Positions 7,085 to 16,443 of a DNA stretch of 64,000 nucleotides are shown here, one piece after another; the stretch's first letter is position 1, and the number at the start of each line of letters is the position of its first letter. Below the pieces are notes generated by a model. That model searched no databases. It had not been told where the DNA came from and saw only the letters and a list, made by a program, of their open reading frames with translations. A program made the translations under genes and the position numbers. Location of the stretch: the IMG/VR virus record IMGVR_UViG_3300032296_003307, positions 204,740 to 268,739 of that record, one strand, 5' to 3'.

Positions 7085-7149
7085 GATTTTATAAATATTT
7101 GTTTTTTTAATTAAACTGATATATATTTGTAAGGTAATGTAATAAAGAT

Positions 7150-7278
7150 ATGGGAAAGTTCAGTTATGATGACTTTAACGAGGAAGAACAACCACGTAAA
7201 GGGTCAAGAAACGACAAAAAAGAGAGCAAGAAACCTAAACTTACAGACAAAACAAAAAAACCTAAAAAACCGAAATAA
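7150..7278 (+). CDS. Small Lys-rich basic protein (42 aa)
   Basis: MGKFSYDDFNEEEQPRKG...KKPKKPK, downstream of the promoter TTTG(7098-7101)-N20-TATATTTG(7122-7129). Confidence 0.6.
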   Translation: MGKFSYDDFNEEEQPRKGSRNDKKESKKPKLTDKTKKPKKPK

Positions 7279-7280
7279 CA

Positions 7281-7481
7281 ATGTCAAACAAAGAAAAAAA
7301 ACCAATTAATGCGGAAAATCTACAGAAGATTTCAAACGGAAATGAAATCCACATTAATATTGGAAAAAAATTCTTTGATATGGGTGATGTTGAGGTCATA
7401 GAAATACAAAGACCCAAAGAACCCGTCTACGGTGAAGATGAGTGGGATAATATACACGGAGATATAGTACACTTCACCTAA
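7281..7481 (+). CDS. Small hypothetical protein
   Basis: 66-aa ORF starting 2 nt after the upstream stop. Confidence 0.6.
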   Translation: MSNKEKKPINAENLQKISNGNEIHINIGKKFFDMGDVEVIEIQRPKEPVYGEDEWDNIHGDIVHFT

Positions 7482-7488
7482 TCAATAT

Positions 7489-7562
7489 AGACGGGTGGCG
7501 CAATAGGTTAGCGCAGGATTCTTATACAATCAAGGTTACGGGTTCAAGTCCCGTCTCGTCTA
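7489..7562 (+). tRNA. tRNA-Ile(UAU)
   Basis: AGACGGG/CTCGTCT-A, anticodon loop CTTATAC, T-loop TTCAAGT. Confidence 0.88.
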
Positions 7563-7566
7563 CTTC

Positions 7567-7640
7567 GGGCCTTTAGCTCAGTCGGTCAGAGCAGGACACT
7601 CATAATGTCAAGGTCGTAGGTTCGAACCCTACAAGGCCCA
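7567..7640 (+). tRNA. tRNA-CAU (probably Ile2/lysidine type; elongator Met not excluded)
   Basis: GGGCCTT/AAGGCCC-A, anticodon loop CTCATAA, paired 1:72. Confidence 0.85.
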
Positions 7641-7691
7641 CAAATTATAATTTTATTCCTTTTTTTATTGAGTTATCCATATTTATTTATT

Positions 7692-8318
7692 ATGGATTTT
7701 ACTCAGATTATTATTACCCTGTTAACTTCAATTACTTCTGTTATTGTTGCACTTATAACCGCAGGGTTTATTCGTAGAAAAGATGACAAAGCAAAGGCGG
7801 AAAAATCTAAAAAACAATTAATAGACCAAATTCAAAAAGACGAGTTGATTCACGCAACTCTAAGGGAAATAAGAAGAAAATATAACGCTGATAGAGTATT
7901 CATAACTCAGTTCCATAACGGAGGTACGTTTTATACTAATTCACCAATGCAGAAAGCGTCGGTAACATACGAAAGATGTTCAGATGGATTAAAAAGAATT
8001 GCTGACCAATTTCAGAATTATTTGGTGAGCAATCTTTCTTGGTACGCATCTAAAGTACTTAAAAACCAAGCTTTTTTTTATGACATTGATGAAGTTGTTG
8101 ACGATATAATAATGAAAAGTGTTTTTAAAAATTACTCTACGTGGGCACACGCCGCGGTTCCAATAATGGATAATAATAAAAATCCCATAGCGGTACTTGC
8201 CATGGATTGGGTCATATCAGAACTACCTGTTGAGTATGTCGATGATGAAGATTTTAACGATGAGTTTACCGAAGAATTTACAAAAGACGGAAATTCCTTA
8301 AAAACATACTTAATGTGA
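7692..8318 (+). CDS. Membrane-anchored GAF-like protein, candidate holin
   Basis: Start MDFTQ after TATTTAT 7680-7686. One N-terminal TM helix, then a GAF-like pattern (NADRVFITQFHNG...AVPI...PIAVLAMD). Confidence 0.55.
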   Translation: MDFTQIIITLLTSITSVIVALITAGFIRRKDDKAKAEKSKKQLIDQIQKDELIHATLREIRRKYNADRVFITQFHNGGTFYTNSPMQKASVTYERCSDGLKRIADQFQNYLVSNLSWYASKVLKNQAFFYDIDEVVDDIIMKSVFKNYSTWAHAAVPIMDNNKNPIAVLAMDWVISELPVEYVDDEDFNDEFTEEFTKDGNSLKTYLM

Positions 8319-8330
8319 TATTTATAATAT

Positions 8331-8960
8331 ATGTCTGACATTATTGCAGGAAATTTTCAGTGGAAGTCTAACGGAGGTCCTCGTAATCACCCATCAGGTT
8401 CTTGGAAATTATCTAATGCGTGGGATTTAGAGTCCAGAGAGGGTAATGATGTGTTTTCCGCTGTTAATGGAATGGTAACCGAAAAACAAAGTCCGTCAAC
8501 ACCAGGTCATCTGTATGGTACATCGATAACTATAAGAGGTGAAGGTTCCTACCCAACTATTTTTTATAGTAATTTAAGTTCTGTAAATGTTAACGTAGGG
8601 TCACAAGTTAGAGTCGGTGATAAACTAGGTGAAATTGCAAACGCGCCGGCAGGTACATCCCCTTATATACACATAGCTCTACCAATTGGAAAAGATATAA
8701 CATCGATTATAAGTAACAACGGTTCTTTTGTATCTCCATCTGGTTCATCTTCAGGTGTTGAGGATGCCGCGGTCGCCGCAGGAGCCGCAGGAGCGACTGC
8801 GTTGGCTAGTGGTGATGGTAAAAAAGATAATGGAGATGGTGGAAGTTTTATGGACAAATTTTATGGTACTTTAACCAAAGGTTTATTACCCTTTGGATTA
8901 GTTACGGGTGTTGCCGGTATGAAAGAAGAGGTCGAAAGAATTAAAGAACTTATGAAATAA
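8331..8960 (+). CDS. M23 peptidase-like protein
   Basis: DL...VFSAVNGMV...YGTSITI...YSNL...VNVGSQVRVGDKLG...PYIHI matches the M23 fold pattern; the metal-binding motifs are partly degenerate. Confidence 0.7.
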   Translation: MSDIIAGNFQWKSNGGPRNHPSGSWKLSNAWDLESREGNDVFSAVNGMVTEKQSPSTPGHLYGTSITIRGEGSYPTIFYSNLSSVNVNVGSQVRVGDKLGEIANAPAGTSPYIHIALPIGKDITSIISNNGSFVSPSGSSSGVEDAAVAAGAAGATALASGDGKKDNGDGGSFMDKFYGTLTKGLLPFGLVTGVAGMKEEVERIKELMK

Positions 8961-8988
8961 AAAAACCCACTCAGAGTGGGTTTTTTTA
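8961..8988. terminator. Bidirectional intrinsic terminator
   Basis: A-run, CCCACT-CAG-AGTGGG, T-run, between convergent genes. Confidence 0.8.
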
Positions 8989-9005
8989 ATGTTGTTAATT
9001 ACTGA

Positions 9006-9191
9006 TTACTTTTTTGTTTCTTCTTTTTTTACTTCTTTAGTACACGTGTCTTTACAAGTAGAATCTTTCTTACAAGTATCAACACATTCTTTCTTCGTTG
9101 TTGTGTCTACAACGGCTTGTTCAGTTGAGTTCGAACATGAAACGAAAGTTAACATAGTAATTGTTACGAATGCGATAAATAAATTTTTCAT
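9006..9191 (-). CDS. Small Cys-rich lipoprotein
   Basis: MKNLFIAFVTITMLTFVSC lipoprotein signal, then repeated CxDT/DST units. Confidence 0.7.
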   Translation of the reverse strand: MKNLFIAFVTITMLTFVSCSNSTEQAVVDTTTKKECVDTCKKDSTCKDTCTKEVKKEETKK

Positions 9192-9282
9192 TTTTCTTTT
9201 TATTAATTATACAAAATTAAATATATAAAAAAAAGGTAAAGTTCGCCATATTTATTGTGTATAGTAAAAATATTTATCATTT

Positions 9283-9639
9283 ATGGAACATTTAAAAAAA
9301 ATTATACACGAAAGTTTGGGACGTGTTCTCAAAGAACAAATGGCTGCCCCAATGGAGGGACAAAAACAAGCGACGCAACAACCTCAAAAATCTATTAAAC
9401 CTAAAAAAGACGAAATTAAAGTTCCTGAAAATTGTTTTGGCGGACCTAAAAAACAAGCCGGTGGTTTAGTCGCTTTAATTCAAGTATTAATGAAGGATAG
9501 TGATAGAAACGGTGAAAGAGCGGTTGAGGAAATTAAAAGATTCTCAGAAGGTAAATCTAAACCTGACCCTAAAGAAGTGGTACAAATTTTAAACAAATAC
9601 AACAAACAAAAATATTTGGGATACGCAGGTTGTTTCTAA
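9283..9639 (+). CDS. Hypothetical protein
   Basis: 118 aa; TATTTAT at 9271-9277. Confidence 0.7.
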   Translation: MEHLKKIIHESLGRVLKEQMAAPMEGQKQATQQPQKSIKPKKDEIKVPENCFGGPKKQAGGLVALIQVLMKDSDRNGERAVEEIKRFSEGKSKPDPKEVVQILNKYNKQKYLGYAGCF

Positions 9640-9658
9640 TTTAAAAAATATTAAAAAG

Positions 9659-9686
9659 AAAAGGTGGTCAATGACCACCTTTTTTT
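9659..9686. terminator. Bidirectional terminator (ends the tmRNA and the convergent CDS)
   Basis: AAAAGGTGGTCA-A-TGACCACCTTTT inverted repeat with a T-run. Confidence 0.8.
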
Positions 9687-9691
9687 GTTTG

Positions 9692-10072
9692 TGGAGGTGG
9701 AGGGTATCGAACCCTCGTCCAGTCTACCTTGACTGTAAGGTACTACACGTTTAGGTTAACATTTGCTAATGTTCCAAACTTCACAATTCCCTTATTTTAT
9801 AGTGGTTCGGTTTACTGAGAACTAATCCTCCACTTGTTTCTTTTAAGATAGAAACCACACCTCTAAAGGACTTATGTTCCTAGGTTAATGTCCTCCCGAC
9901 CTGAGTGTTATAGCGATTAGGCTACAACTGAAGCCTCTTCACGGAACAAACCGCAAGCTGCCATGTTATTTAAAACGTTGCCGTCTAATTGGTTAAATCA
10001 GTTTTTAATGAGTTAATTCAGCTCATACGTGCACCTTACCTTCAAAAATACCTGTCAAATCCAGTCACCCCC
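9692..10072 (-). ncRNA. ssrA: tmRNA
   Basis: 5' GGGGGTGACTGGATTTGAC, 3' GAGGG-TTCGATA-CCCTC-CACCTCC-A with G3.U70. Tag ORF 9982-9917 encodes (A)GNVLNNMAACGLFREEASVVA. Confidence 0.92.
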
Positions 10073-10075
10073 ATA

Positions 10076-10098
10076 TTTCAAAGAACACTACAAATATA
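10076..10098 (-). promoter_or_regulatory. Host-type -7 promoter plus boxA-like element for tmRNA
   Basis: On the minus strand, TATATTTG (10098-10091) followed by GTTCTTTGAAA (10086-10076). Confidence 0.65.
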
Positions 10099-10138
10099 CT
10101 AACACTATAAATATATTCCAAGTATTTATAAGAAACAT

Positions 10139-11971
10139 ATGAAACTTTTTTCAATACTGACCGAGTCAAAAAAATCTGACGTAAAAAAAGAATTACTGTC
10201 TAAATTTCCTGAAGCCGAAATGTATATTGACCGTGCGATTAATTCTGACCCAACAGGATTCAAATATATGGATTACATTAAACGTTCATTTATTGATTTA
10301 TATCCTATTTCTAAAAGTTGGGGTAATGAAGAAAGTCTTGTTGAATATTTTGACGATATATCTTGGTTTGAAAACAATTATAAAAGATTATCTATTGATG
10401 ATATTGATTCAATATATGAAGACGCTAAGGCGGACAACGCATCGCAAAAAATGTTGAGAAGCATTGTATCAATAAATCCAAACAAAATAAGGGATATTAA
10501 TTCTTGGGACATTAGGACGTTAAAATATGTTAGGGATTATGTTAATTCTAAAAAAACAAGAAAACAAATGGAAAAAGAAGCCAAGGAAGGTGCTGACTTG
10601 GTTTATGAATCCCCAAACAAAAAAGTTTTAGTTTTCAAAGTTAAAACACATGCCGCCGCTTGTTACTATGGTAGAAATACCAAATGGTGTGTAACAACCG
10701 CAGGACAACCTGGTCATTTTCAAAGGGAAACCCAAGATTACGATATGTATTTTGTTGTTGATAGAACAGGTGAAAGGGAAAAATTGGCGGTACAGAAACC
10801 AAAAGACAGACGCAAATCAAACTTCTTGAAAGTATGGAATGAAAAAGACGTTGAAAAGGGTCCTAATCATTTATACGATTTGTATCCTGAAGTACATGAT
10901 GTATTTGTTGGTGATTCAATGAACGAAACAATTAAGTTCTTAAAATCATTAACAACAGATAATTTGGGTAAGTACCGTTGGGATTATCCTGATGATTTAA
11001 TTACTGATATGTATTTGGCGGGTTCTACTGAAGAGGGTAATTTAAGGATAATAATTGAGATTACCTTTTCAGATAAAAGTTTTTGGGAAATGTATGATAT
11101 AAATGAATATGATAGTACATTAATTCAAACTGTCTATTCTCCTTACAACAGTTGGGATTTTTGGGACACATACACAATAAAAGAAGATTTTGAAGAAGGT
11201 TATTTGTGGAACTACGCAACCAACGAGCAACAAGAAGAAATATCAAGGTTATGTCAAATTTTATTTCCATCATATCTTGTACAATTAAAACAAAATACAT
11301 TGGACGAAATGCCTAAGGAATTTAATCAGTTAGTAGAAAAAACTTTCCCAAGAAAAATTGATAGTATGGTCTATGAGTACACAGCATCAAAGAATAATGA
11401 AGCCGAACACAACGTTAGAGATGGATTAGAAAGTGAATATTGCGACATATTCAAAGAATATAATGGTAAGGTGATGTCTTGTTTTTATAGATACGCCTTT
11501 AATGTTAATGACCTTATCAGGTTATTAGAAGATTACAAAGGTGGTGATGTTTTTGATTCTTTAAGAGCATATGTAAATAGAGTGTCTGACGCACCATATG
11601 AAATTAGTGATTGGGCTTACCAAGGTGGGGGGTCATCTGACGAATACAATGGTATGGAAAACGAATTTGACTCTTTAATTAACGCGATGCAAGAATCGGT
11701 TGATAGTAGTGAAGATGTTGAAGACATTACCCGAAAAACAGAGGAGTACAACAACTTCAACAAATTTTTAGAAAAAAATAAAATAACTGTTGGAGATTGG
11801 AATACATTACCATCGGACAATAATTTTTCCTTTAGAATTAATACAATTGACTTTAAAGAGGGTAAGGTGGACCTTCAAATCAAATCAAACGATACGGGCA
11901 ACATGAAAGAATATTTCCCCACCTACGAAGAATTTACAAGTTTATTATACAATTATCAACTTTTTAGATAA
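10139..11971 (+). CDS. Large hypothetical phage protein (AACYYGRNTKWC motif)
   Basis: 610-aa ORF; TATTTAT at 10123-10129. Confidence 0.75.
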   Translation: MKLFSILTESKKSDVKKELLSKFPEAEMYIDRAINSDPTGFKYMDYIKRSFIDLYPISKSWGNEESLVEYFDDISWFENNYKRLSIDDIDSIYEDAKADNASQKMLRSIVSINPNKIRDINSWDIRTLKYVRDYVNSKKTRKQMEKEAKEGADLVYESPNKKVLVFKVKTHAAACYYGRNTKWCVTTAGQPGHFQRETQDYDMYFVVDRTGEREKLAVQKPKDRRKSNFLKVWNEKDVEKGPNHLYDLYPEVHDVFVGDSMNETIKFLKSLTTDNLGKYRWDYPDDLITDMYLAGSTEEGNLRIIIEITFSDKSFWEMYDINEYDSTLIQTVYSPYNSWDFWDTYTIKEDFEEGYLWNYATNEQQEEISRLCQILFPSYLVQLKQNTLDEMPKEFNQLVEKTFPRKIDSMVYEYTASKNNEAEHNVRDGLESEYCDIFKEYNGKVMSCFYRYAFNVNDLIRLLEDYKGGDVFDSLRAYVNRVSDAPYEISDWAYQGGGSSDEYNGMENEFDSLINAMQESVDSSEDVEDITRKTEEYNNFNKFLEKNKITVGDWNTLPSDNNFSFRINTIDFKEGKVDLQIKSNDTGNMKEYFPTYEEFTSLLYNYQLFR

Positions 11972-11993
11972 TTTTTCGTATCTTTGTATTCAA

Positions 11994-12863
11994 ATGGAAA
12001 GATTACAATTATTAAAAGACGTTCTGTCTGTACGCACTTGCACATATCAAGAAGATTATTTGGTTGAGTTTTTGAGAAATTACTTAACAGAAAAAAATTA
12101 TGATTTTTTCATTGATGAGTTCAAAAACGTATATGTCACAAAAACTTCACCTGAGTTTGAAGGTCAACATTTTCCTTGTGTGGTTGCTCATACCGACACC
12201 GTACATTGGGGAATGAAATCAATTAATATCAAAGAAGAGATTAAATTGGATTACCAAAAAAGGGAAAAATTGTCATTAAAAGCATACGATGACGAAGGCA
12301 ATCCATCAGGTATTGGTGGCGATGATAAAGCCGGTGTATTTGGATGTTTGAGTTGTTTGGAGGATTTACCACATATCAAAGTTGCGTTGTTTGTTTCAGA
12401 AGAAACAGGTTGTCACGGTTCAAAAATGGCTAATTCTGAATTTTTTTCTGATGTTGCCTACGCCATCCAATTTGACGGACCTGAAAATTATATGATTACC
12501 GAAGTTTGTTCAGGTATCAGATTGTTTGACCGTAATAGTTACTTCTTTGATGTTATTGATGGTGTTTTTACCGAAAAAATGGAATATCACCAATACATGA
12601 TTCACCCATACACAGATGTGTCAATGCTCAAAATGAAATTTGACTTCGCATGTGTGAATATATCAATTGGGTATTACAACTACCACACCGCTCATGAATA
12701 CGTTGTTTTGGACGACGTAGAACGTGGTATTGATGTTTGTAAAACAATCATTGAAAGGTTGGGTTACGAAAAACAACTTTACGAATACAAAAAACCAACT
12801 TACAATCGCCATTTCTACGTAAAAGACGAAGATGAAGATTTTGTTCAAAGGTATTTGTTCTAA
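11994..12863 (+). CDS. Zinc peptidase, M20/M28/M42 clan
   Basis: AHTDTV, GGDDKAG, EETG, QFD and YHT metal-binding motifs. TAtcTTTG promoter at 11979-11986. Confidence 0.85.
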   Translation: MERLQLLKDVLSVRTCTYQEDYLVEFLRNYLTEKNYDFFIDEFKNVYVTKTSPEFEGQHFPCVVAHTDTVHWGMKSINIKEEIKLDYQKREKLSLKAYDDEGNPSGIGGDDKAGVFGCLSCLEDLPHIKVALFVSEETGCHGSKMANSEFFSDVAYAIQFDGPENYMITEVCSGIRLFDRNSYFFDVIDGVFTEKMEYHQYMIHPYTDVSMLKMKFDFACVNISIGYYNYHTAHEYVVLDDVERGIDVCKTIIERLGYEKQLYEYKKPTYNRHFYVKDEDEDFVQRYLF

Positions 12864-12891
12864 TTAATTATTTCGGCATATTTATTTAATT

Positions 12892-14298
12892 ATGCCAAGA
12901 TTTATTCTAACAGAACAAGAAAGAAAAAGGATTCTTGAATTATATCTAAATGAACAAGTGGCTCAAATACCATACCCAACTGGTGTTACTAAAGCCGCGG
13001 TAGACAAAATACTATCTATTTCGGCACAAAATAAAAAAGGTTTAAGAGGTTCTTATTTGGCTCCTTTACAACAACAAGAAATAGACAAAGAATTTGGTAA
13101 AGATACTTTTAAGAAATTTTTTGATGGTGGCGGTAGAGACGTTTTAGACGGAAAAAAAACATTCAAAGATAGTTCTATACCGGAAATTTTAAATTGTGTA
13201 AGATTTGATGAAAAAGATGGAGACACAATGGGAACCTATACTAACGGTAAAAAATATGTTAGAGTTTTTAATCCAAACAGTATTCAAGTTTTTTGGGAGA
13301 CAGGGGCTTTTCAACAATTTGTACGTAAATCGGATAACTCTGCAGGTTCATTAACTAAAAGTGGTACATACGCATGTAACGCACAAAAGAACGATGTGGT
13401 AATTAGCGCCACCGATACAGGTGCAAATACCGGTTCAGTAAATCTTGATTGTGTAAGATTTGATGAAAAAGATGGAGACACAATGGGAACCTATACTAAC
13501 GGTAAAAAATATGTTAGAGTTTTTAATCCAAACAGTATTCAAGTTTTTTGGGAGACAGGAGAATTTCAACAATTTGTGCGTAAAGCAGACAACTCCGCAG
13601 GTCCATTAACTAAAAGCGGAAAATGGTCTTGTAACGCAACAAAAGATAACGTTGTAATAGACACCAACCAAACCGGTTCTACATCAAACAAGACTGAGTG
13701 GATGACATATTTAACTGACTCAGTTTTTAATGGTAAATCAAAACAATATCTAAAATATAAAGACCAAGACTCTGTTTATTTCCCTGATTCTAAAACATAT
13801 TATACTGAGAAAGAATGGTTTACCGTTGATGATTCAGGAAATGTGACAAAATCAGGATATTGGTTCCAAGACAAAAATAAACCTCAAAACAGCCAGTTTA
13901 CGCAAGGTGAAGGTAAAAATCCAAATGAAAAAACTGTTACAGTTGCACCTCCTTTAGAAAATGTTGCAAAAGGAACCGCAAGTATGAAACAGGGTAACCA
14001 AGGTGATTCTGTAAAAACATTACAACAAATGTTAATAGATAAAGGATATTTAAAAATCAATAATCCAACTAATTACTTTGGTAATATGACCTACAATGCG
14101 GTTCTACAGTTCCAAAAAGACAGTCTTTTGAAAAAACAAGATGGTATCGTTGGTTATGAAACATATACTGCCTTGTATAGAGCCCCTGAAGTTCAAAAAA
14201 CACCTGATGTGAACATACAACCAAAAGGAATACAAGCTCAACCACTTTCGTCCGAAACCCCAAAGACACCTACCCAAATAACAATACCCAATAGATAA
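12892..14298 (+). CDS. Protein with a tandem-duplicated domain and C-terminal peptidoglycan-binding domain
   Basis: GNQGDSVKTLQQML...FGNMTYNAVLQFQ...DGIVGYETY matches PG_binding_1; internal 85-aa-period duplication. Confidence 0.8.
   Translation: MPRFILTEQERKRILELYLNEQVAQIPYPTGVTKAAVDKILSISAQNKKGLRGSYLAPLQQQEIDKEFGKDTFKKFFDGGGRDVLDGKKTFKDSSIPEILNCVRFDEKDGDTMGTYTNGKKYVRVFNPNSIQVFWETGAFQQFVRKSDNSAGSLTKSGTYACNAQKNDVVISATDTGANTGSVNLDCVRFDEKDGDTMGTYTNGKKYVRVFNPNSIQVFWETGEFQQFVRKADNSAGPLTKSGKWSCNATKDNVVIDTNQTGSTSNKTEWMTYLTDSVFNGKSKQYLKYKDQDSVYFPDSKTYYTEKEWFTVDDSGNVTKSGYWFQDKNKPQNSQFTQGEGKNPNEKTVTVAPPLENVAKGTASMKQGNQGDSVKTLQQMLIDKGYLKINNPTNYFGNMTYNAVLQFQKDSLLKKQDGIVGYETYTALYRAPEVQKTPDVNIQPKGIQAQPLSSETPKTPTQITIPNR
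13193..13640 (+). repeat. Direct intragenic duplication, period 255 nt
   Basis: 13193-13304 is identical to 13448-13559 (112 nt); similarity continues with mostly third-position changes. Confidence 0.95.
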
Positions 14299-14299
14299 G

Positions 14300-16306
14300 T
14301 TAAACTTTTTCTATCTTAATTATTTCGTCAAATTTCAAGACGTAATTTTCACCTTCAATTACATTACCAACCAAGTATTCTTCTGAAATATAATCTTCAA
14401 CTTCATCTTGAATCGCTCTTTTAATCGGTCTGGCACCGAATGTTTCGTCAAACCCGACTTTGGCAATATGTTCAATTATGGTATCGTCAAATTCAAAGTT
14501 AAGTTTTAATTCTGTTAACCTGTCTTTAAGTTTTACTATTTCCAATTTAACAATTTTTTCAATTTCGGGTTGTTTCAAAGAGTTAAAAACAATAACTTCA
14601 TCAATACGATTTAAAAATTCAGGAGAGAAATAATTTTTCATTTCTTTTTGAAGAATTTGACGCTTGTACTCTTCTTGTGTTGAAGAGCTTGATGCGGTTG
14701 AAAAACCAATCTGAGTTCCAAAATCTTGTAATTTTTTAACCCCTAAGTTTGAAGTCATAATAATCAAACAATTTTTAAAGTTGATTTTTCTACCTAAAGA
14801 ATCAGTTAAATGACCTTCATCTAACATCTGTAACAATGTGTTAAAGATTTCTTTGTTTGCCTTTTCAACTTCATCAAACAGAATTACCGAATAAGGTTTG
14901 TTCTTAACTTGTTCGGTTAACTGTCCACCTTCATCGTAACCAACATAACCAGGAGGAGCACCAATCAATTTGGAAATGGTGTGTTTTTCTTGAAACTCAG
15001 ACATATCTACACGGATAAGATTGTCTTCACTACCAAAGATTTGTTTTGCCAATTGTTTTGCCAAGTGAGTCTTACCAACACCTGTTGAACCCAAGAAAAT
15101 GAATGAACCGATAGGTTTATTTGGGTCTTTAATTCCCAACCTATTTCTGCGAATTGATTTTGCAATTTTGGTAACCGCCTCATCTTGTCCAATAACTTTG
15201 TCCATCAGAGATTTGTCTAAGGCAATTAAGTTTGTTTTATCATCAACAGATATTTTAGAAACAGGAATTTTAGTCATAGAAGAAACGACATCCAAAACAA
15301 GTTCAGGTAAAATCTCGCGTTTCTTTTCTGACATTTCTATCTCATACCTTTCCTTTTCATTTTCTAACTTACTGGCAATTTTTTTCTCTTTGTTCCGTAA
15401 TTCTGCCGCCTCTTCATATTTTTGTCTTTTCACAACATCTTTTTTCTTTTCACTTATTTCTCTGAGTTGTGCGGTAAGTTTTTCTATGATTTCAGGTACT
15501 TTGGCCTCTACTTGTGCACGAGCACCAACCTCATCCATAATGTCAAACGCTTTGTCAGGAAACTCTCTGTCGGTAATGTATCTATCAGCCAAATTAACAC
15601 AAAGCTCAAGTACTTCATCAGAATAACTTACTTTGTGATATTCTTGATACTTTGTTCTTAGATTTTTAAGAATTAATAATGTTTCTTTTTTTGATGGTGA
15701 ATCAACAACTACTTTTTGAAATCTGCGTTCTAACGCACCGTCTTTTTCAAAGTTTGTTCTGTATTCATCTAGTGTTGTTGCTCCGATACATTGAATTTCA
15801 CCACGAGCAAGGGCGGGTTTAAATATATTAGAGGCGTCCATAGAGCCCGATGCGTTACCCGCACCAACTATAGTATGAATTTCATCGATAAAAACAATAA
15901 TTTCGGGGTTTTTTGACAATTCTTCAATAATTACTTTTAATCTTTCTTCAAACTGACCACGATATTTTGTTCCAGCAACAATTGATGTCATATCCAATAG
16001 AACAATCCTCTTACTCAATAAGTTACGTGGACAATCACCATTAAAAATTTTCATGGCGAGACCTTCAACAATTGCGGTTTTACCACAACCTGGCTCTCCT
16101 ATGATTATTGGATTGTTTTTCTTTCTTCTTGAAAGAATTTGAGCAATTCGTTGTATTTCACGTTCTCTACCAATTACAGGGTCTAATCTACCTTCTGACG
16201 CCAATTTTATTAGGTCTTTTGAGAAGTTATCCAATACGGGTGTAGATGAACTGTTACGTCTACTTTGCGGTTTTACATTTTCGTTGTCGTCCATTGATTC
16301 AATCAT
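14300..16306 (-). CDS. clpC: ClpC/ClpA-type AAA+ chaperone lacking the Clp N-terminal domain
   Basis: Two Walker A motifs (GEPGCGKT, GSTGVGKT), pore loops KYRG and GYVG, UVR-like middle domain and IGF ClpP-docking loop. Start MIES follows TATATTTG at 16318-16311. Confidence 0.92.
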   Translation of the reverse strand: MIESMDDNENVKPQSRRNSSSTPVLDNFSKDLIKLASEGRLDPVIGREREIQRIAQILSRRKKNNPIIIGEPGCGKTAIVEGLAMKIFNGDCPRNLLSKRIVLLDMTSIVAGTKYRGQFEERLKVIIEELSKNPEIIVFIDEIHTIVGAGNASGSMDASNIFKPALARGEIQCIGATTLDEYRTNFEKDGALERRFQKVVVDSPSKKETLLILKNLRTKYQEYHKVSYSDEVLELCVNLADRYITDREFPDKAFDIMDEVGARAQVEAKVPEIIEKLTAQLREISEKKKDVVKRQKYEEAAELRNKEKKIASKLENEKERYEIEMSEKKREILPELVLDVVSSMTKIPVSKISVDDKTNLIALDKSLMDKVIGQDEAVTKIAKSIRRNRLGIKDPNKPIGSFIFLGSTGVGKTHLAKQLAKQIFGSEDNLIRVDMSEFQEKHTISKLIGAPPGYVGYDEGGQLTEQVKNKPYSVILFDEVEKANKEIFNTLLQMLDEGHLTDSLGRKINFKNCLIIMTSNLGVKKLQDFGTQIGFSTASSSSTQEEYKRQILQKEMKNYFSPEFLNRIDEVIVFNSLKQPEIEKIVKLEIVKLKDRLTELKLNFEFDDTIIEHIAKVGFDETFGARPIKRAIQDEVEDYISEEYLVGNVIEGENYVLKFDEIIKIEKV

Positions 16307-16343
16307 ACCACAAATATACAACTATGTTTCATATTATCAACTA

Positions 16344-16380
16344 TGACAATTTGTCTTTATTATATGACAAAATGTCATAT
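16344..16380. promoter_or_regulatory. Tandem TGACA-N3-TGTC(A) operator-like palindromes between divergent clpC and the UVR gene
   Basis: TGACAatt TGTCT (16344-16356) and the perfect ATATGACA-aaa-TGTCATAT (16362-16380). Confidence 0.6.
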
Positions 16381-16443
16381 TTTCTTTTTTGGTATAATTT
16401 TATATAATTGTAAGGAAAATAAAAGAAATAAAAAAATAAAAAT

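Noticed and set aside
13193-13640. Diversity-generating retroelement template/variable repeat pair
   Set aside because: Differences are not adenine-specific, both copies are in frame in one gene, and no reverse transcriptase is present in the window.
15099-15661. Plus-strand ORFs inside clpC, and similar short antisense or out-of-frame ORFs throughout the window
   Set aside because: They are shadows of well-supported genes and carry no motifs or start signals.
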